From contig OZ025802.1 in NCBI GenBank assembly GCA_964019425.1, positions 620,001 through 684,000 on the forward strand: a stretch of DNA of 64,000 nucleotides, in the 5' to 3' direction. How positions within the stretch are numbered: the first letter of the stretch is position 1; each line of letters begins with the position of its first letter. Positions 23,175 through 32,853 of this stretch are shown here, piece after piece. The position numbers and the translations under genes are program-made. Under the pieces are notes generated by a model that saw nothing but the letters and a program-made list of their open reading frames with translations, had not been told where the DNA came from and did no database searches. The stretch is from Flectonema sp. DT1601. Its lineage: Eukaryota.

Positions 23175-25349
23175 TTAAACACGGAGGGCGTCTCCAGATG
23201 CAGGAAGTGCCCAAGAAAGGAACGACATTCTAAAATCAAATTTGACCCATTTAATAATATCTGAAATCAGAATATTATTTGGAATTTTTTTTATTATTTC
23301 AAAAGTTTTTGGAAATGGTTCAATAATCGAATTAAGATGACTGAAGTACGTCTCATCTGTGACAAGTCCAACTGCGTCAGTATTACATTCACTCTCTGAC
23401 ATAGACCGAATATAACGCAACGTTTCCAAAAATGAACAAACTTGCACTTCCACAACCCCAGGAAGATATCCCGTTGGTATACTAAAAGAGAATGAAAATC
23501 CATCTCCGAAACTCATCTTTTGACGAGAATAAATCCCGTAGTGATAGCTGAGGCCAGATAAATACTCTACAGCACGACAACACGCATCACTGATTGCTGG
23601 ATTGTGTGTTTTATACTCACTGAATAGAATGATAGCACTAGAAATGGTATCAACTTGATGATAATTTAAATTCCATCTATTTATAATACGAATGTATGGA
23701 TTTTGTTCTGATGCTGATGCAGATGAACGTTGGCTCATCTCGTCGTCACTTTGTTCTGATTCTTCTCCAGAACCAATATCCATACTCACATTAAAGTTAA
23801 ATGAACGATTCTCTTCAACATCTTTGTTGATTATTGGAATTGGTAATGTTGATGGTCTCTTTGTTGATAATTTACGTGAGAATATGCCTTCATCATTCAT
23901 CCTCTTTACTTTTTTAATTGAATATTTCATTTCCCTTTGAGAACGATTCCGTACTATCTTTTTTACTACATTAATATGTCTGTTGCTCGAGCTGCAATCA
24001 AAAGGAGCACCGTGTCGTAGTGTTGGTAGTGAGGTTGGAACAGACAGGGGTAGCTCTGCGCACTTTTGATTTACTCTATTCACAGCTTGTTCAAGGGCTA
24101 AAGTAGACTTGTCGTAGAGAACATTTGCTTTTCGAAGTTGAAGAGTGTGAGTTAACTTATTCAGGCGATTTTTAGACTTTTTACCTCCAACCCTACCGAC
24201 GGTTGACACCTTTAGAGAGGATTGTTGTTCAGGTAGTTTAGGTCCTGCTGATTCACCTGTTGGAGAACCAGCTTCAGGAGTATGAGAGACTACTGAGAAT
24301 CCATAAGCATATAAGTCAGACAGGGTTACTACACTTTGCATATCAGCTTGGCGGTTTAATGGAGACGATACCTGACTCGTATGTTTTTCTTGAATTTCGT
24401 CTCCAGTTAGATTTTGTTTCATAAATTTCATCGCCCATCCTCTGCATGCTGCAGGAAACCTCTTGCTTGGGAGACTAATTTTCGCCTTAGTCTTGTGAAT
24501 CGTTGGAACCTTTGGTGGACGAAGCTCAGCAACTATATGTTCCTCGAGAACAACAGGCCATCTTGGATTAGGCAGTTTTGATATCCCAACACGTGTTCGA
24601 TACTGAGCCGGAATACGAGTTCTAGGAAACGAGTCCATTACAGTGCCAGACAGGTAGAGGTCTTTACACCAACTAATCCAGAGATGATCACTTTTATCAA
24701 CAAATAAATATAAAGTCATTCTAACAACTGTCCTGTGAGACAGAGAGTGGATGTGTAAAGCAATCTTATTGCAAATTTCTAAAGATTTACTCACATACTG
24801 GACGGGTATCTTTGCCTGATCCACATGGTCTGTGAGGTACACTGGACCTTCAAAGGTGACACCTCGTTGATAAGGAAATACAGTGTGATTGTTTATTTTA
24901 TATTTGTTGCGACGAAGTTCCAATTTAGGTGGGTCAGATTGCGACCATTTAATACAGATAGATGTATTGTGATTATTCTTTGGAGAGAGTTGTCGTTGTA
25001 ATATCCCAGTCCAGATTCCAACATCCCTGTCGAGATCGATTGCCGCCTTGGTCATGTCATGAGTTAAGAAGTCAGTTGATAAGTATGGTAATCTGTCTCC
25101 TATAATACTATCATCGTGTCTTCTTATCGCTCTCGTTACTATGTTTTTAGTGCCTTCAGTGCTTCCGTTTAGCAGTAACCTCTCAGCCATTGCCGCAGTC
25201 ATTTCTCTTCCCCTACAGCTGCCAACACCATTTCTATAGACTATTGTATCTGGTACGGACACATCACATGTTTCACCAGCGCTATTCGGAGTGGAGATAG
25301 CATCGAATAGGCAGGTTACTGCATCACCAAGTGATAAGTCGCTTGCCAT
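23175..25349 (-). CDS. Hypothetical ~724-aa protein
   Basis: Long ORF; start MASDLSL follows a poly-U/AG acceptor. Confidence 0.75.
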   Translation of the reverse strand: MASDLSLGDAVTCLFDAISTPNSAGETCDVSVPDTIVYRNGVGSCRGREMTAAMAERLLLNGSTEGTKNIVTRAIRRHDDSIIGDRLPYLSTDFLTHDMTKAAIDLDRDVGIWTGILQRQLSPKNNHNTSICIKWSQSDPPKLELRRNKYKINNHTVFPYQRGVTFEGPVYLTDHVDQAKIPVQYVSKSLEICNKIALHIHSLSHRTVVRMTLYLFVDKSDHLWISWCKDLYLSGTVMDSFPRTRIPAQYRTRVGISKLPNPRWPVVLEEHIVAELRPPKVPTIHKTKAKISLPSKRFPAACRGWAMKFMKQNLTGDEIQEKHTSQVSSPLNRQADMQSVVTLSDLYAYGFSVVSHTPEAGSPTGESAGPKLPEQQSSLKVSTVGRVGGKKSKNRLNKLTHTLQLRKANVLYDKSTLALEQAVNRVNQKCAELPLSVPTSLPTLRHGAPFDCSSSNRHINVVKKIVRNRSQREMKYSIKKVKRMNDEGIFSRKLSTKRPSTLPIPIINKDVEENRSFNFNVSMDIGSGEESEQSDDEMSQRSSASASEQNPYIRIINRWNLNYHQVDTISSAIILFSEYKTHNPAISDACCRAVEYLSGLSYHYGIYSRQKMSFGDGFSFSFSIPTGYLPGVVEVQVCSFLETLRYIRSMSESECNTDAVGLVTDETYFSHLNSIIEPFPKTFEIIKKIPNNILISDIIKWVKFDFRMSFLSWALPASGDALRV

Positions 25350-25427
25350 AATTTCATATTGTCTTCTGAAAAAAAAAAAAATAAAAAAATGAATATAAAT
25401 CATACGTGTCAACACGAATAGTAAGTT

Positions 25428-25907
25428 CTAAACTGAGTCTTCGTTGTTGTCTTCAATGTGGTTATCTTGTTGTTGTTCATTATCTGATTTTAGTCGTTTT
25501 ATCCGTTGAGAATCATCTGCAGTAGTAGTAGTTTTGGTTTGTGGTTGTTTAGTAGACTCTGAATGAAGTCTAAACATCGTAGTGACAGTGGTTCCAACAT
25601 TCCAAGCTGCTCGAACCCCAGTCAACTGCCGTATGATGAATTTATTTGTTGGATAGCTGTATAGATGAGCAGCCACGCCCTCTCCTATTTTTATTTCACT
25701 TTTCGGATGATATTTCAATACGTGGTCAAGGATCTCACAATCACTGGCTGAAATATTTAATTCACTAACTCCCTGAGCCTTTGCTTTTTCCCTTATCATT
25801 TTTATAGTTCTCCGTAGTAACTTCTCACTCCATAATCTTCCAGCAATGGGTATCTTTAGGTCAGGGGAAGGAAAGGCATAGTCGTCTAATAATCCTTTAC
25901 TTTGCAT
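25428..25907 (-). CDS. DUF3223 (DCL-like) domain protein
   Basis: DCEILDHVLKYHPKSEIKIGEGV matches the DUF3223 LxxLLxxHPxxxxKIGxGI motif. Confidence 0.7.
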   Translation of the reverse strand: MQSKGLLDDYAFPSPDLKIPIAGRLWSEKLLRRTIKMIREKAKAQGVSELNISASDCEILDHVLKYHPKSEIKIGEGVAAHLYSYPTNKFIIRQLTGVRAAWNVGTTVTTMFRLHSESTKQPQTKTTTTADDSQRIKRLKSDNEQQQDNHIEDNNEDSV

Positions 25908-26154
25908 TGCAATATTCTGTTATGTTAAAAAGTAGTTTAAACGAATAGTTCGATTCTCAACAAAAAGTTCAGGTCAGATTCTCTTTATAACAAGAGCAAT
26001 AAACGAAAGGAAAAAGTATGGTGTAAATGAATGCCAATGAAAACTAAAAGGAACTGACTCGTAAAAAAAACATATCAGAAAAAACAAAGAAAGTGTAAAT
26101 AAATTCACTTTTTTTTTTTTTTTTAAAAACACAACTCAAAACACACAACCACCA

Positions 26155-27033
26155 TCACATACGAAAAGAAGGTTTCCATGAAATTGGAGGAGTGGGAGGT
26201 GCGGATGGTAATTCCGTTGTACGGAAAGCATCAATTTTTGAAGCCAATATTTCAATGTATTCTTGTTTCGGTTGAAACTGTCTCTGTAGTACAGACACCA
26301 TCGGTGGTTGCATAACGTCATCTAAAACAGCGTCATTGTGAGATTGCTGATGAGCTGCCTCAATTAGATTCGTAACTCGTGAAGTTATAGAATCCAATTC
26401 AGAAAGAAGAGTAGTTGATATTGCCTTTGCTGATTGTTGAACAACTTCACGAAGGTTTGGGATGAATTGTGCTTTTGGATCACTGTGAGATATCCAACCT
26501 TGATTGAACTTAACCCAACCATCAACACAATCCTTTTCTATTAATTCATGACCTGTTGATAGCATTCCAAGAGGTTGAGAACAATAACTGCATGATTTAT
26601 AAAACTGACATTCTCGTAGTACTCTCCACCTTTTTTCTTGTGGTTGCTCTGGAGTTGGTTCTCTTTCAGTGTGAACTTGTAATGCCGCTTGTCGTCGTTG
26701 TTTTCGCCTTTCCTCAACTAGGTCTAATGTGGGTTCCTTTCCTCTCATTGTGTTGTTAGAGTGGTTTTGTATAGCCCATTGAATGATAACGTTTTTCTTG
26801 TTTAGTATTACCGTTGGCATTTCTTCTTCTTTCTTTACTCCTTCTACTCTTTGCTGTTGGTGAACTACTTCTCTCCTTTTATATTGTTCCTTGTTGACAC
26901 ACAATGGCGGTAGTCTAGTTGGTTTTTTCTGTTTCCCAATTCTCAACGGATTATTTACAACTCCGCATTCTCGTAACATATTCTCCTGTCTGCGACGCGC
27001 TCTTGCTTCGAGATCAGCGTGTAGCTTATTCAT
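26155..27033 (-). CDS. Hypothetical protein with possible SH3b-like segment
   Basis: Start MNKLHADL; WRVLRECQFYKS..LGMLSTGHELIEKDCVDGWVKFNQGWIS resembles SH3b-type modules. Confidence 0.6.
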   Translation of the reverse strand: MNKLHADLEARARRRQENMLRECGVVNNPLRIGKQKKPTRLPPLCVNKEQYKRREVVHQQQRVEGVKKEEEMPTVILNKKNVIIQWAIQNHSNNTMRGKEPTLDLVEERRKQRRQAALQVHTEREPTPEQPQEKRWRVLRECQFYKSCSYCSQPLGMLSTGHELIEKDCVDGWVKFNQGWISHSDPKAQFIPNLREVVQQSAKAISTTLLSELDSITSRVTNLIEAAHQQSHNDAVLDDVMQPPMVSVLQRQFQPKQEYIEILASKIDAFRTTELPSAPPTPPISWKPSFRM

Positions 27034-27584
27034 TATTAGTAAGTCGACGATGGGGGCTAGTTCAAGAACATATTTTATTAAAAAATAATATAAAAACCTG
27101 ATTAAAAGATAAATAACGTTGTACATTATCCAAACAGATGAAATAATACTACTTGCCTGCTACCACAAGTCGCAAGTAGTGGGTGAACTATCCAACCTGT
27201 TGACACAATTCTGCTTGTCTAGGTCAGAAAGAACCGACATTTGAACGATCAAAAGGCAACTTACTTGTCTGCCTCGTTGATGCTTCACATTATATTTTTC
27301 ACTGCTGTAGAAGTCAAATGCGTTTTCAAGAGAAGCAAAAAAAAAAAAAAACTTTTTTTTTTTTTTTATACAATAATTCAACAGTAAAAAGAAATCTCTA
27401 TTTAAATTTAAAAAAAAAAAATAACTTTTAAAAAGAAAAAAAAATATACACGAATGTTGTAGTAAAAGTGAAGAGGTTTAATTTTAGGCTTTTTGAAGTT
27501 CACATACTACAGCAAAACATCGAAAATAAACAAGCAGGAAAAAAAAACAGAAGAAAAAAACATGATTCTCAGACGCCGCCATTA

Positions 27585-30404
27585 TCAGCGAACGCGAGTT
27601 GCAATGATTTCCTTTACAATCAAATGTGGATCTTTCTGTAATTTACGACATATCCAGGTCCACGGTTTATCGACATTATAGCGAGTCGATACCGAAATGT
27701 CATAATAGCTGACTGCAGTTTCTTTGATGGCAGCATTGACTTCACTGTTGTTGTTATTTTTTATTTTTTTTTTTCTTACTTAATAAATGTCCTTCTGTTG
27801 TAATGCATGAACATACCTGTGAAAAGTTATCTCCTTAGCCTTTACAACACGAGAGCTTTCATTGCTTTTGTTTCCGCAAAGGGCTACCGGAATATGATAT
27901 GGCAAGTATGAATACCACCTGTTTGAAAGTTTATTATCAAGAAAAAAAATACCTAACCAGGAATCGAACATGACATTTTATATTTAATAAAAACATACGT
28001 GCTTATGTTGCTGTATGAGGTGTGAGAAGTGCAGTCAAAGACAACAACGGCGGCATCAGCACTGCCGAGAGCATCTGGGAAGAGGCGAGATCCTGGGCAG
28101 TCCGTAATTGAAATAAGAAGCTTTCCCTTTGAAGTGAGTACTTTAAAGTTATAAGTTTCAGGTTCACGACTTGGATGATAAATATCTAATTCTCGTTGGA
28201 TTGGAGGGTCTTCACCAAGCCATGCTTCCATTAGTCGGGTTTTACCTACCCCAGCGTCACCAACGAGACAAACATTGTATGAGGGGATCTTTGTACCGCC
28301 AGGTTTTGAATTCGGTGTTCTAGCTGATGGTGTTCTTCTCCTAACCTGTCCTGAGGGAGTTGATGACCTGCTTCCCTGTTGCTGTTGTTGTGGTTGTTGT
28401 TGCTGAGGCTTCCTACTCCTCCTTACACTTGGTGGTCCTCCTTGAGCAGTTCTTCTCGTAGAGTCTTGTCTTTCACTAAATTGAACATCAACGCTCATCA
28501 CATCCTGCTGTTGTACAACTGCTTGTTGTACTGGTTGCAGTATCGGTACCTTCACTTCTTCTATAACTAAGTTACTCTTTCGTTCTCTGTGTACCCATGC
28601 TTGGTTGCTATCCCTTCTGTCATGAGACGCGAATCTATTTTATTTTTTTTACATATTAATTAAATGAGATGAAAAGATGATACGATGTAAAGAAAAAAAA
28701 AAAAAGAAAATCACAAATACCTTTTAACGTTAGGCTGTTGTATCTCAACTGGAACAGAAGGAGCCTCACTAACACATAATGAGCTTATAGCACACTGGAC
28801 GCCTTCAGTATCGAATACTAAGTTGAGGGGTTCAGGAACAGTAAGTGTACTGTTTATTTCATAAGAAGGGCTCCAAGTTTCCATTCCATTAATGAAGTCA
28901 CTACTTCCGAGTAGGAATTCTTCCGGGTTAGATCTCGAGAGCTGAACCATTCCTGTGATCTTAGCGTCGTATGACTCAAGTGCCTGTTTTTGATAATAAT
29001 CATAATTGTTTAAAATATAAAGAGAGTAAACCCATAAAAACAAACCTCCAGAACATTACTTATGGTAGTGTAGTCGTCTACTATTGCTGAAACAGCCATG
29101 CTGGTGGCTTCTTCTACTGCCTGGGTTGCTTCTTCTCTGCGTTGTTCAAGTAATTCATGCATTCTCTGTGCTTGTTCTTTTATAAATAATATTATCCCAC
29201 TTTCACACTCCTCATGTGCAACTTTTGTTGAGGAAAGTTCCTGTAACTGTCCTCGTAAGTGTTGTATGGAGCCGTTTAAACATTGCCCTTTTTTTAATAT
29301 TTCATTTAGTTGTTGAGAGCTCCCTTCGGCTACCGGAACGAATGTTTTACCTGTTTTTTTTTTTTTTTTTTTTTAAATTATGATTGATATCATTCTTACT
29401 GTAGTACAATTTACGTGGAAACACTCACAGAAAGGAAAATATAAAAAGAAGAAACAATAGATACCTTTATGTTCGCCTACGAGGAGACTATCACCACTTA
29501 CCAGTTGATTTTCAGTTTGAAGCCAATATTTTAAAGAGCTACCACCAACTGCTCCAGACCTTGGTGTCGCAGAGGACACAGGCATGTTTGCCAAAGCAAG
29601 CTGTGAAACTTCATGAGCGGGTGGGCTATGAGTTGGAGATGATGGAGGAGCGATAGGTGTTTGATGAACTAAAAAAGTAACAACGTGGCGAGCTAAAGAT
29701 TGATCTGGATGGAACAAAAGAAACTCATCAGGTGTATCTTGAGACGCTGATCCACCAAGGCCCGTATAAAACAGATATGCAGAATCAAAACCCTCACTAA
29801 CTAACTGTTCAGGAGTAATACTGTCACCATTACCGGAACAAGCTTTGTACTTCCCAACCGCAACTTCGCATAGCAGTAATTTGTAAGCTCCCGGCGCATG
29901 TGCTGCTGGTGCTTTTGTTAGGAATCGCAAAGACATCTGAGTTCCAGTAGCTGGAAGGGTAAATCCCGTGTCCTGAATTTTTGTGTTATTACTCGATACT
30001 GGAGAGTGAAATCGACGAACTACTCCGCCGTCAGTGAGCTCTGCTTTTCGACGTTCATATCTTTTTTGGAGAACTGGACTTGTAATTCTTTCGAGTTCTA
30101 CAATTGATATTGTCATCCCGGGATCTGGACACACGTAATGTTTTAATAAAACGTCAACGTCATTATATTCTCTTCCACCTTTTGGAACTACTTCAGTGGT
30201 TGTCGCGTACTCTTGTCCCCCAGCAGGTGATAACTTCCCTCTCTTTTCATACCACTCTGTTCTTAGTGAGGCTCGTTCTAAAGCTCTGTAACCCAGTTCT
30301 GTAAATATTTCTTCTAACTCCGCCTCTGTTGCCCGTAAAAGGCTTTCCGCAGTTGTTCCCTTCTGCCGCAGTCCATCTGAAAATTTGCTCCACAGGTCAG
30401 CCAT
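27585..30404 (-). CDS. Six-exon 801-aa multidomain protein: SAM-like, PARP-catalytic-like, degenerate B-box, coiled coil, low-complexity linker, Ran-like GTPase
   Basis: Exons 30404-29465, 29350-29046, 28983-28721, 28634-27999, 27918-27817 and 27744-27585 (2406 nt) are joined by five GT-AG introns with consistent phases and no stops. Confidence 0.8.
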
Positions 30405-31102
30405 TCATTTCTTTTTTTAGATACAAATACTGTAAAAGTTATTATTAGACAATGACAGCTATGTGATTGATTGTTGATAAAAATAATAATAAAACTGAAT
30501 ACATATGAACTACATCACTATCTGTTCATCATCGTATGGTGTGAAGTCCCCGGGGAGTTCCTTGTTTTAGTAATTACTTTGAGGGAGTAATAAGATACTT
30601 AATCAGGCTCAATGTAACAACACTACGGGGAAACTAAAGTCATACGGCACTGCAGAATCACAGCAGGGAAAGGCACTCAGAAACGTCAACTTCCATCACT
30701 GTTTGCACCTGAGAAGGAAATATGATAAGAGAATAAGGCATTACCTAAACAAGCTGACATCAACACAAAGAAGTATCTACACTGTTGATGGGTGCAGATT
30801 ACTCCCACGCGCGCAGGGATCGTAGGCCCGTTTCCATTCGACCAGACACTGGCGGGGGAAGGGCGGGTGGGGAATACCAAATGGGGTTGGGAGTCTGATA
30901 GAATATGACCCAGTCAAGGGAATAAGAACACTGCAATGCAATCAAATATTAAATTCCAACTAACAAACACTTGTTAAGAGTGTGTGAGCGAACACATCTT
31001 CTTTTCTGAAAACACCATCAAATAAAAGATAAATTAAATACCTTGAAATAAAACAAAGTGAATAACACACAGACACTAAAAACAACACTTATGTGATTTA
31101 TG

Positions 31103-32125
31103 TCATAACAGATTCCTTATGCTCGTATGCAGTTCGTCTCTATTAATAGATGAACAACCGTGTAGAAAATGACTTCCAACGGCTTCCACATTCACGAGGG
31201 TTAAATCCAAAGAAGTAAGGGATGAACAAAGGCCTAGAAAACCGTCTCCAACAGCTGAAACATTGCTGAGACTTGATAAGTCTATAGATGTGAGGGATGA
31301 ACAAAGGCCCAGAAAACCGTCTCCAACAACTGAAACATCGCTGAGACTTGATAAGTCTACAGATGTGAGGGATGAACAAGAATATAGAAAACGATCTCCA
31401 ACAACTGAAACATTGCTGAGACTTGATAAGTCTACGGATGTGAGGGATGAACAATAATTTAGAAAATCGTTTCCAACAGCTGAAACATTGCTGAGACTTG
31501 ATAAGTCTATAGATGTGAGGGATGAACAAGAATATAGAAAACCGTCTCCAACAGCTGAAACATTGCTGAGACTTGATAAGTCTACAGATGACAGTGAAAC
31601 ACAAGCTTCGAAGAAATCATTACCAACAGATGTGACGTATTGAAGACCAGGCAGACTGATCTTTGTAACCTTATGAAATGAGGATAAGAAACCATCTGAA
31701 ACGGTCGTGACTGAGGGTTCAGAGTTGCTGAATGAGATGTTCGTAACATCATCCGAGAACCACTCACTGTTAAACTGAAGACAGCCATCCATAGCGAATG
31801 TGGGAGTATCAAGGCAGAAAAAACCGTCCTTATCCCGTTCTCCTCGTAGGAATACCTTCGCTCTCTTTGCAGTATCTGTGAACCATTCCAATCCAAACAA
31901 GCGCAGCACAGATGCATCCAACAGAGAGCCGCCCTCCACTCCGTACGACACCAGTCGACTACCTGCTCGAAGCCGCGATCCTGCGAGAGAAAGCTCAAGA
32001 AAGTCAGCATCGGTACCCCACTCATCAGCTGCAACCTGCAATGCATCCTTCACGAGCGACTCTCCAGAAGCTGTGAAAACAACGTCAGGAAATCCTGTGT
32101 CTGGGAACGTAACCGAAAGTTGCAT
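31103..32125 (-). CDS. Ubiquitin-like domain + BspA/TpLRR-type leucine-rich repeat protein
   Basis: N-terminal UBL-like pattern (LELSLAGSRL..RLVSYGVEGGSLL) followed by 25-aa repeats LTSIDLSSLSNVSAVGDGFLxxCSS. Confidence 0.85.
   Translation of the reverse strand: MQLSVTFPDTGFPDVVFTASGESLVKDALQVAADEWGTDADFLELSLAGSRLRAGSRLVSYGVEGGSLLDASVLRLFGLEWFTDTAKRAKVFLRGERDKDGFFCLDTPTFAMDGCLQFNSEWFSDDVTNISFSNSEPSVTTVSDGFLSSFHKVTKISLPGLQYVTSVGNDFFEACVSLSSVDLSSLSNVSAVGDGFLYSCSSLTSIDLSSLSNVSAVGNDFLNYCSSLTSVDLSSLSNVSVVGDRFLYSCSSLTSVDLSSLSDVSVVGDGFLGLCSSLTSIDLSSLSNVSAVGDGFLGLCSSLTSLDLTLVNVEAVGSHFLHGCSSINRDELHTSIRNLL
31205..31640. repeat. 75-nt coding tandem repeat (~5.5 units) encoding the LRRs
   Basis: ACCGTCTCCAACAGCTGAAACATTGCTGAGACTTGATAAGTCTA recurs with variants at 31241, 31316, 31391, 31466 and 31541. 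Confidence 0.9.
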
Positions 32126-32853
32126 TTTACCTCACTTGAGTAACTTACGAAATGTGATGATGAATGGCTTGGAGTATGATGAGATTAACAAACGTGTAAA
32201 ACATATTTCTTCAAACAGACTTCCCCTTTTTTTTTGTTGCACAACTTAGTCCCAACCTATTGAGATTAACGCCACTCAACGGGGCTCTGATATTATCTTC
32301 GCTGTTAAGTAAAAAGTGATAATTAAGTTTTGCTTTAAAAGAAGAAGCAGACAAATCAAAAACAAACAGTGGCTGACTTTAGCTAAACAACACAAGTTCT
32401 GCTTCAGTTTCTGAGTCCACTCAGAACGGGTGTGGATACTTTCCTCGAGATACTTCTGTTGAACAAGAAGATCTACCTGAGTCATTTAGGGTTTAGTGAG
32501 GTGTATCTGTGAAAAACTTAAGCGTACAGTTTTACGCAAACAATCGATAGGGAAAAAAGAAATTCAGTAATTTTTTCACACTACCATATCGAAGAGTTTA
32601 TTCCTTTTTTTTTTCTTTGCTGTCGTTCGTTCGTTCATTTTTTTTTTTTTTTTTTTTTGTGTTTGGTGAAAAACACTTTTTTCGGATATTTTATTTCTTG
32701 TTTTCAAGTTTTTTTTTTTTTTTTTTTTCTTCTTCTTCTTCTCAACATGATATAAACCGAAATAACAGAACACTTATGGTTAATACCTAAGAGTAACGGA
32801 TTATAGAAAATAAACTTTTTTTTTTTTTTTTTTTTTTTCCACCGAATGGTTGC

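Noticed and set aside
27780..28555. Stand-alone canonical RAN gene
   Set aside because: G-boxes are divergent, there is no acidic tail, and the frame splices to upstream exons
31205..31640. CRISPR-like periodic repeat
   Set aside because: In-frame 75-nt LRR coding repeats without unique spacers; eukaryotic context and no cas genes
12279..32125. Functional immune island (MAP2K, ANK-TK, di-UBL, PARP-Ran fusion, UBL-LRR)
   Set aside because: Euglenozoan directional clusters are generally not functionally grouped and unrelated genes are interspersed; adjacency alone is not evidence
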